In this document: piece after piece, positions 57,651-64,000 of the stretch
How the letters are laid out: each line of letters starts with the position of its first letter
How positions within the stretch are numbered: the stretch's first letter is position 1
Assembly (NCBI GenBank): GCA_963719775.1
Contig: CAVRCY010000011.1
Span: 6,156-70,155, forward strand
Length of the DNA stretch: 64,000 bases
Source: an uncultured Acidimicrobiia bacterium
Lineage (GTDB): Bacteria; Actinomycetota; Acidimicrobiia; Acidimicrobiales; Ilumatobacteraceae
Direction of reading: 5' to 3'
The notes under the pieces: model-generated
Databases searched by the model: none
Seen by the model: the letters and a program-made list of their open reading frames with translations, nothing else
Told to the model about the DNA's origin: nothing
Translations under genes and position numbers: made by a program

Positions 57651-58889
57651 ATGAATCATGCGTTCGTTCTTGGTGGTGTGCGCACGCCGGTGGGGCGCTA
57701 CGGCGGCTCGCTCTCGCATCTGCGCGTCGACGATCTGCTCGGTCAGACGATGGTCGACGCTTGTGAGCGGGTGGGAGTACCTGTCGACCGCATACAGGAA
57801 ATCGTCGCGGGATGCGTCAATCCCGCGCACGAGGGAATGGGCAACGTCGCACGCTGGGCTGCGTTGGCTGCAGGTTTTCCGGAGTCGGTCCCTGCGATGA
57901 CAGTGAACCGCTTCTGCGCTTCGTCGCTCTCCGCGACGATCTCGGTCGCCCAGTCGATCCGCAGCGAGGAGCTCTCGGTCGGTGTCGCCGCTGGAGTGGA
58001 ATCGACGTCGCGGTCGGGGTGGGCGCTGATGAAGGGGGACGCGCCGTTCATGCCTCGTGGGCAGGTGGTGATGCGCGACACGATGTGGGCTGGCGCGGGC
58101 GGCCCACCTCACCCTGCGCTACTCGCCCGCGGCGTGCACATGTCGATGATGCAGACCGCGCAGAACGTCGCCGACCGATACGAGTTGACACGCGAGGAGA
58201 TCGACGCATTCGCACTGCGCTCGCACCAGCACGCTGCAGCCGCCCGCGACTCCGGGCGCCTGGCCGTCGAGATCCGCGCCGTCGAGATCGAGGTCACGCG
58301 CACCCACCCGGCGCGTACATTCGAGCACGACGAGAGCATCCGCGGCGACACCACCATGGAACGCCTCGCAGCCCTTCCACCGCAGCCGGACACAACACAG
58401 ATGACAGCGGGCAACTCTTCGCCGCTGAGCGACGGCGCGAGCGCCGTCGTCCTTTCCGACGCGACAGCGGCCGAGGAACTCGGAGTCGAACCGCTGGCAC
58501 GAGTGGTGGCGTCGGCGACCCACGCGCTCGACCCGCAGATCATGGGCATCGCGCCGGCGTTCGCGATCCCCAAGGCACTCGCGCGGGCCGGCTTGGCTCC
58601 TGCCGACATCGACGTGTGGGAGATCCACGAGGCGTACGCGTCGGTCGCCCTCGCGATCCAGCGTGAGCTTTCGCGTCAACTGGATGGATTCATGGTTCCC
58701 GACGAGCGCCTCAACCCGAACGGTGGCGCGGTCGCCATCGGCCACCCCTTCGGGTCATCCGGCACCCGCTACGTTCTCACGCTCACGACCGAGCTGCGCC
58801 TGCGCGGGGCGCGGTACGGCGTCCTCGGCGTCTGCGTCGGCTCGGGCCAGGGTGTCGCGCTCGTGTTGGAGAACTGCGACGAGCGATGA
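57651..58889 (+). CDS. acetyl-CoA C-acyltransferase (thiolase II/I family)
   Basis: MNHAFVLGGVRTPVGRYGG, NRFCASSL (active Cys), NPNGGAVAIGHPFGSSG, CVGSGQG. Confidence 0.9.
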   Translation: MNHAFVLGGVRTPVGRYGGSLSHLRVDDLLGQTMVDACERVGVPVDRIQEIVAGCVNPAHEGMGNVARWAALAAGFPESVPAMTVNRFCASSLSATISVAQSIRSEELSVGVAAGVESTSRSGWALMKGDAPFMPRGQVVMRDTMWAGAGGPPHPALLARGVHMSMMQTAQNVADRYELTREEIDAFALRSHQHAAAARDSGRLAVEIRAVEIEVTRTHPARTFEHDESIRGDTTMERLAALPPQPDTTQMTAGNSSPLSDGASAVVLSDATAAEELGVEPLARVVASATHALDPQIMGIAPAFAIPKALARAGLAPADIDVWEIHEAYASVALAIQRELSRQLDGFMVPDERLNPNGGAVAIGHPFGSSGTRYVLTLTTELRLRGARYGVLGVCVGSGQGVALVLENCDER

Positions 58890-59121
58890 GCGCCGCTACG
58901 CCGCCGATCTCTCATCACGCCGTTTGCCCGCCCGATGCCGGATTTGTGTCACCGTTTCCGCCATCGACCGCGGTATCGGTGACGCAGATCGCCAACGCCC
59001 CGACGCGGCGATCGGTCGCCCGGAGGGCATGGAATAACCCTACTCGTTCTTTGTTGACATGTCTACAACCACGGTCATGTGGATGTGTCGACAAAGCCGT
59101 TGGGCTGGAGAGGAGTTCGCG

Positions 59122-60090
59122 ATGCCGGCTATCACCGTCGAAGACACCTTGGCACTGCCTCGCATCCCGCGACCGGAAGTCACGGCGTCGAGGGCACGCC
59201 CCGTCGTCAAGGTGGTCGACTCCCACGCCGGCACTGAGGGCGCCGGTGTGCCGATCCGCCGGGTGTTCCCCGGCGAGCTGGCCATGTCCGCCGCGGATCC
59301 GTTCCTGCTGCTCGACCACGCCGGCCCGACCATCAACGGCCCGGGCGAGGCGAAGGGCGCGCAGTGGCACCCACACCGCGGCTTCGAGACCGTCACCTAC
59401 ATGCTCGACGGCGAGCTCGTCCACCGCGACACCACCGGCGGTGGCGGCGTCATCGGCGAGGGCGAGACCCAGTGGATGACCGCCGGCGGCGGCATCCAGC
59501 ACGAAGAGCTCCCCACTGAGCAGCTCTACAAGCAGGGCGGCCTGTTCCAGGCCGTCCAGCTGTGGGTCAACCTCCCACCAGCGCTGAAGATGACGACGCC
59601 GCGCTACCAGTCGATCACCAAGGACTCGCTACGGCTGCTGACCTCCGACGACGGCGGCGCGCTGATCCGGCTGATCGCCGGCAACATCGCCGGCTTCGAA
59701 GGGTCCGGCGTCACACACACCCCCATCACCTACGCCCACGTCACACTCGCGCCCGGCGCGCAGCTCTCGGTGCCGTGGAGCCCGGACTTCAGCGCCTTCG
59801 CCTACGTCCTCGCCGGGCACGGCACCGTCGGCGCCGAAGGACGCCCCCTCGAAGGCGGCCAGCTGGCCGCTTTCGCTCAGGGTGACCACCTCGTGGTCAC
59901 CGCCGCCGACCGCAGCACCCCGCTCGAAGTGCTCCTACTCGGTGGCCTCCCGATCCGGGCGCCGATCTCCCACTACGGGCCGTTCGTGATGAACACCCAC
60001 GACGAGATCCTGCAGACCATCGATGACTACCAGACCGGCCGCCTCGGGATCATCCCCGCCGACCAGCTGGCCCCTCGCAACTTCGCGTAG
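59122..60090 (+). CDS. pirin-family protein
   Basis: PFLLLDHAGP...WHPHRGFETVTYMLDGELVHRD..., bicupin length. GGAGAGGAG precedes the ATG. Confidence 0.85.
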   Translation: MPAITVEDTLALPRIPRPEVTASRARPVVKVVDSHAGTEGAGVPIRRVFPGELAMSAADPFLLLDHAGPTINGPGEAKGAQWHPHRGFETVTYMLDGELVHRDTTGGGGVIGEGETQWMTAGGGIQHEELPTEQLYKQGGLFQAVQLWVNLPPALKMTTPRYQSITKDSLRLLTSDDGGALIRLIAGNIAGFEGSGVTHTPITYAHVTLAPGAQLSVPWSPDFSAFAYVLAGHGTVGAEGRPLEGGQLAAFAQGDHLVVTAADRSTPLEVLLLGGLPIRAPISHYGPFVMNTHDEILQTIDDYQTGRLGIIPADQLAPRNFA

Positions 60091-60151
60091 CCGCGCCGCG
60101 GAACGCGCCGTCATCCATGCCACACAACGGCAAGAGACAAGGAGTCCCACT

Positions 60152-60370
60152 ATGCGCACCCTCCGCGTTGTTCGCACCGACGACGACCGCGACATCCCCG
60201 GCCCCGGCGTCCACACCGTCGACCCCGCCCACACCTCAGCCGAGTTCGTCGGCCGGCACCTCATGAAGCAGCCCGTCCCGCGTCCTGCGAGTTCACTTCC
60301 CGAGAGGCACAACGGTCATGCCGTCGATCAACGACCACAACGGCGACGTCATCGCCAGCTTCAGGCGTGA
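60152..60370 (+). pseudogene. decayed YceI-like remnant
   Basis: HTVDPAHTSAEFVGRHLM matches the YceI N-terminal motif. A shifted frame gives ...CEFTS... (cf. RGKFTSF). The frame then overlaps the next gene. Confidence 0.3.
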
Positions 60371-60743
60371 CGGAGGCAAGGTCGGCGGCCCCTACGCCGG
60401 ACTCGACCTGCTTCTGCTCCACCACACCGGCTCCAAGTCCGGCACACAACGAGTGGTGCCTCTGCTGTACTGGTCAGCAACGACCGCCAGCGTCGCCGTC
60501 CTTGCGTCGAACTTTGGCGCCGATCGCCATCCCGCCTGGTACACCAACCTGCTGGCGCACCCGCTCACCACCGTGGAGATCGGCCGGGAAACCTGGAAGG
60601 TGCACGCACGAGTCGCGACCCCACACGAACGAGTCGAGCTGCTCGACCGCATGAAGAACACCACGCCAGGTGTGGCTCACGCCCTGCACCGCACCTCACG
60701 GAGCATCCCGGTGGTGATCCTCGAGCGACTGGCCGTGATCTGA
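60318..60743 (+). CDS. deazaflavin (F420)-dependent nitroreductase family protein (Ddn-like)
   Basis: LLLHHTGSKSGTQRVVPL..., NFGADRHPAWYTNLLAHP, about 140 aa. Confidence 0.75.
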   Translation: MPSINDHNGDVIASFRRDGGKVGGPYAGLDLLLLHHTGSKSGTQRVVPLLYWSATTASVAVLASNFGADRHPAWYTNLLAHPLTTVEIGRETWKVHARVATPHERVELLDRMKNTTPGVAHALHRTSRSIPVVILERLAVI

Positions 60744-60878
60744 GCTCGTCAGCGTTTCGCCGAGCTTCGCCCGGCTCGACCCCTCGGCCTGGGCGGGGCG
60801 CAAATCACTGACGTGTGACGGGAGCGACAGCAGGCCTCGTTGACTTCAAGTTCGGTAGAGGTCGTACCGTCGCCCACG

Positions 60879-62477
60879 ATGCGCGAAGTGCTCGACGAAC
60901 CTGTCATCGATCCGAGCTCGCACGCCCGCCGCTGGTGGACCCTTGGGGTCCTCTGCCTCAGCCTGTCGATCGTCATGGTCGCCAATGCGAGCCTCAACGT
61001 CGCCCTGCCGGCGATGGCTCGTGACCTCGACGCGTCGAGCAGCTCCCTGCAGTGGATCGTCGACTCGTACGCGCTCGTGTTCGCCGGCATGCTGTTCACT
61101 GCCGGGGCACTCGGCGACCGTTTCGGACGCAAGGGAGCGCTCCAGGGCGGGCTCGTGCTGTTCCTCGTCGCCGGCCTTGCCGGGCTGCTCGCCGACAACG
61201 CTGAGCAGGTGATCGCTGCACGTGCCGTGATGGGGTTGGCGGCAGCGTTCGTCATGCCGTCGACACTGTCGATCCTGACGAACGTCTTCTCGCCCGCCGA
61301 GCGACCCCGTGCGATCGCGCTCTGGGCCGGGATCGCCGCCGGAGGCGCAGCGCTCGGACCGCCAACGTCGGGACTTCTCCTCGAGCACTTCTGGTGGGGA
61401 TCGGTGTTCCTCGTGAACGTGCCGCTGGTCGTCGTCGCGCTGCTCGCCGGCCGGCGGCTCGTGCCGCGCTCGAAGGACCCGGACCGGCACCGGCTCGACC
61501 TCCCCGGAGTCGCGCTCTCGATCTTGGGCATCGGTGCACTCGTCTACGCCATCATCGAGGCTCCGCACGTCGGTTGGCTCTCGCTCGACACCGCCTCCGC
61601 GTTCGCCCTGGCGGCGCTGGCGCTGGCGTTGTTCGCGGTGCGCGAGTTGACGGCGGAGGTGCCAATGCTCGACCTGCGCCTGTTCCGCGACCGGCGCTTC
61701 AGCGTGGCGTCGGCGGGCATCGCGCTGACGTTCTTCACGATGTTCGGGATGTTCTTCGTGCTGACCCAGTACCTGCAGCTCGTGCTCGGCTACTCCCCGC
61801 TACGGGCCGGGCTGATGTTCCTGCCGGTCTCGCTGACGATGATGCTCGTGGCACCGCAGGCACCGAAGCTGGTCTCCAGGTACGGCGTCGCGAGGGTCGT
61901 CCCCGCGGGCCTGTCGCTGGTCGCCGTCGGACTGCTCGCCGTGACCACGCTCGACTCCGGCAGCCCGCTGTGGCGCATCTACCTGGCGTGGATCCCGATG
62001 ATCATCGGGATGGCCAGCACGATGAGCCCATTGACCTCACTGATCATGTCGTCCGTACCACTGGGTCGCGCCGGTGTCGGCTCGGCGATGAACGACACGA
62101 CGCGCGAGCTGGGTGGGGCGCTCGGCGTCGCCGTGCTCGGCTCGGTCGTCACGTCGATCTTCGCATCGTCGCTCGATAGCGACCTCGGCGGGTTGTCGCC
62201 CGCGGCCCGGGACGAGGCGCACTCGGGTCTGGCCGGAGCACTCGACGTCGCCGGTGGACTGGGCGACCCCGGACCGGCACTGGCCGGCGCGGCGCGCTCG
62301 GCGTTCGTCGACGGTCTCACGATGGCAGCAGTCATCGCCGCCGTCGTGGTGGCCGTGACCGCCGTGATCGCCCGGCGCCTGCTCCCCCGTGATGGGAACG
62401 AATCACCGCTGCCCGGCCGCCTCGTGACCCCACAGTCCGGCGACCCCGAGGCGATGGTGCTGGAGGGCGTCGATTGA
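60879..62477 (+). CDS. MFS transporter, 14-TMS DHA2 (EmrB/QacA-like) type
   Basis: SLNVALPAMARDL, WIVDSYALVFAGMLFTAGALGDRFGRK; the length and hydrophobic pattern fit. Confidence 0.85.
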   Translation: MREVLDEPVIDPSSHARRWWTLGVLCLSLSIVMVANASLNVALPAMARDLDASSSSLQWIVDSYALVFAGMLFTAGALGDRFGRKGALQGGLVLFLVAGLAGLLADNAEQVIAARAVMGLAAAFVMPSTLSILTNVFSPAERPRAIALWAGIAAGGAALGPPTSGLLLEHFWWGSVFLVNVPLVVVALLAGRRLVPRSKDPDRHRLDLPGVALSILGIGALVYAIIEAPHVGWLSLDTASAFALAALALALFAVRELTAEVPMLDLRLFRDRRFSVASAGIALTFFTMFGMFFVLTQYLQLVLGYSPLRAGLMFLPVSLTMMLVAPQAPKLVSRYGVARVVPAGLSLVAVGLLAVTTLDSGSPLWRIYLAWIPMIIGMASTMSPLTSLIMSSVPLGRAGVGSAMNDTTRELGGALGVAVLGSVVTSIFASSLDSDLGGLSPAARDEAHSGLAGALDVAGGLGDPGPALAGAARSAFVDGLTMAAVIAAVVVAVTAVIARRLLPRDGNESPLPGRLVTPQSGDPEAMVLEGVD

Positions 62478-62568
62478 GCTCGCAGGGCTCCGTGTCACCA
62501 CGAATGTCACCGGTGGCGCCTGTGCGGTGACACAGAATGGGTGACGCCTCGACCGCCGTCGGGGCTGT

Positions 62569-63042
62569 TCAGACCCGCTTGCGCTTGAGGCTGCGATATC
62601 GGATGTTGGACGCCGCGACCCGGGCGTTGAAGCGGTCGACAGCGGAGTTCTGCAGGCGCTTCATCTCGTCTGCTGTCAACTCACCGGCCACGAACCGCCG
62701 GTCGGCAGCGTCGAGCTGGCGGTCGAGCCGCGCCTCCGCCTCGCGCAGCGTCTGCAACTCGCTCGGGATGCGCTTCTTCGCCGTCGAGGCCTTCGGCGCG
62801 GACGCCTGCCCGACCACGGGAGTCGACCGATCAGCGAACGCCCCTGCGCTGTAGGACCGCTCGGTGCTCGATGGAGATTCGGCGCGGACGAACTGGTCGG
62901 CCGCCTTGTTCACCGTCACTCGCACGAGCGGGACCCGCTCCACACAGGCTCGTTGACAGGCCTCACGGGTGCAGTAGTCATATCCCAGCTCGACTCGTCG
63001 CGGATCGACCGATTCACCGCAATTCCGACATCTCATCGCCAC
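62569..63042 (-). CDS. hypothetical protein with an N-terminal Cys4 zinc-ribbon-like motif and a C-terminal coiled region
   Basis: CRNCGE...YCTREAC, then a low-complexity linker and a helical tail. No family recognised. Confidence 0.4.
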   Translation of the reverse strand: MAMRCRNCGESVDPRRVELGYDYCTREACQRACVERVPLVRVTVNKAADQFVRAESPSSTERSYSAGAFADRSTPVVGQASAPKASTAKKRIPSELQTLREAEARLDRQLDAADRRFVAGELTADEMKRLQNSAVDRFNARVAASNIRYRSLKRKRV

Positions 63043-63089
63043 TCAATTGTACCGTGACGACGGTCGAGGAGACCGGCGGGCGACGTCCG

Positions 63090-63866
63090 TCAGGTCGCCT
63101 GGGCCTGCAGCTCCGCCGAGAAGAACTCCAGCGCCGTCTTGGTCTTCGTGTGCTGTTCACCGCTCACGTCGATCCCCTTCTCCTTGAAGAAGGCGAAGAG
63201 CTCGGCGGCCGTGTCGAGCCCTTCCCCGGGCAGGCACTTGGTCGACATCTCGACGACGCGAGCTCCGTCCGGGTACATCCAGAGCTCGGCGACGAGGCGG
63301 CGAGAGAAGGTGCGCGGGGACAGCTTCAGCTTGAGGACGAAGATCGGACCGAGAACCGACAGGTCGTCGATCGAGGCACCGTCCGGCGCATACCTGTCGA
63401 AGAACGCCCGCTGCTCCTTCGAGAACAGCTTGCGCAGCGGCTGCTCCCCGGCGACGGAGCTGCGGACGGCGGTCGTCGGCAGCGTTCCCTTCATCGACGC
63501 CGAGCAGACGTAGCCACCTGGCATGGCGTCGACCTCGACGACCAGGTTCGGCGACTTCCGGATCCCGGAGGGAAGCTCGTCCGGGACGACCGGGCGGAGC
63601 TTGACCACCGAGTCGTGCTCACGGCCTTGGACCCGTCGGGCGCGGGCGACGACGCCGGCCCGGTTGAGGGCGAGATCAGGCGTGTCGAAGAAGAACACCT
63701 GGCGGATCTGCGCCTCGAGCGGATCGACTCCGAGCGCCGCGGCAGCCGACCGATACGACCTGTCGGGCAGCGTCAGCTTCAGCTCGATGCTGTCTGATCC
63801 TTTGACGAGCTTGCGCAGCTGTACCGCCTCGTCGAAGCTGATCTGCGCCCCTAAATCGTTGGCCAT
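63090..63866 (-). CDS. hypothetical protein, possibly CYTH/triphosphate-tunnel-like fold
   Basis: Alternating charged beta-strand pattern: SIELKLTL, VARARRV, VVKLRP, VVEVDA, VLKLKL, VVEMSTK. Confidence 0.35.
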   Translation of the reverse strand: MANDLGAQISFDEAVQLRKLVKGSDSIELKLTLPDRSYRSAAAALGVDPLEAQIRQVFFFDTPDLALNRAGVVARARRVQGREHDSVVKLRPVVPDELPSGIRKSPNLVVEVDAMPGGYVCSASMKGTLPTTAVRSSVAGEQPLRKLFSKEQRAFFDRYAPDGASIDDLSVLGPIFVLKLKLSPRTFSRRLVAELWMYPDGARVVEMSTKCLPGEGLDTAAELFAFFKEKGIDVSGEQHTKTKTALEFFSAELQAQAT

Positions 63867-63927
63867 GTTGCTCCCTCCACATCGTGTCGTGGACGGAGCG
63901 TACGCTCAACGGCGAGGAGGTCACCAC

Positions 63928-64000
63928 ATGCCCTTCAGTGGCTTCAGCCGCGAGGAACGGGCGTGGCTCGCCAGCCAGCGCCTCGGCCGACTGGCAACCG
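63928..64000 (+). CDS. PPOX-class (F420/FMN-binding split-barrel) protein, 5' end only
   Basis: GAGGAGG precedes ATG 63928. MPFSGFSREERAWLASQRLGRLAT is a typical N-terminus. The gene runs off the window. Confidence 0.45.
   Translation, partial: MPFSGFSREERAWLASQRLGRLAT

Noticed and set aside
1-64000. CRISPR arrays, rRNA genes, intact IS elements or integrases
   Set aside because: I saw no regularly spaced short repeats, no rRNA-like conserved stretches, and no transposase or integrase-like translations in the ORF track or on reading the intergenic regions.

Overview
Visibly high-GC, actinobacterial-type chromosomal segment: GTG/TTG starts, ATGA/GTGA start-stop overlaps, and many long Arg/Gly-rich spurious antisense ORFs. 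It has three parts. (1) 1-1713 is the 3' part of an acyl-CoA carboxylase carboxyltransferase gene. (2) About 1.7-8.6 kb is a decayed integrative/conjugative element remnant. It holds a MobF-type relaxase broken by at least 6 frame changes, an excisionase-type HTH gene, broken nucleotidyltransferase and VapC genes, and short repeats. It ends at a 45-nt 3' half of a tRNA-Pro(UGG)-like sequence, and no integrase is visible. (3) 8.7-64 kb is a dense accessory metabolic island. It carries 3 AMP-dependent acyl-CoA ligases, 2 thiolase-type genes, an MCC/GCC-like biotin carboxylase pair and a class III-like PHA synthase operon. It also has a Liv-type ABC importer with two tandem binding-protein genes, a large FAD aromatic hydroxylase, an FAH-family hydrolase, an extradiol dioxygenase and 4 alpha/beta hydrolases. 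Further genes are 3 SDRs, a molybdopterin oxidoreductase, F420/FMN-type reductases, pirin, an MFS pump, two large LuxR-type (LAL) regulators, AraC and TetR. No rRNA, complete tRNA or CRISPR array was seen. The most interesting signals are non-coding. Box 1 has an invariant 13-mer, TGACGCTAGCGAG, in 7 intact copies plus 1 degenerate copy; each is intergenic and co-oriented with the downstream gene. Box 2 is a roughly 65-nt element with GGTGA-N7-TCACC, in 4 copies in front of the ABC binding-protein genes and two catabolic operons that flank one LAL regulator. I match neither to any consensus I know; together they look like the cis-elements of two local regulons. Six otherwise well-conserved metabolic or regulatory genes carry single frame breaks in GC-rich runs, so assembly indel error must be excluded before calling them pseudogenes.
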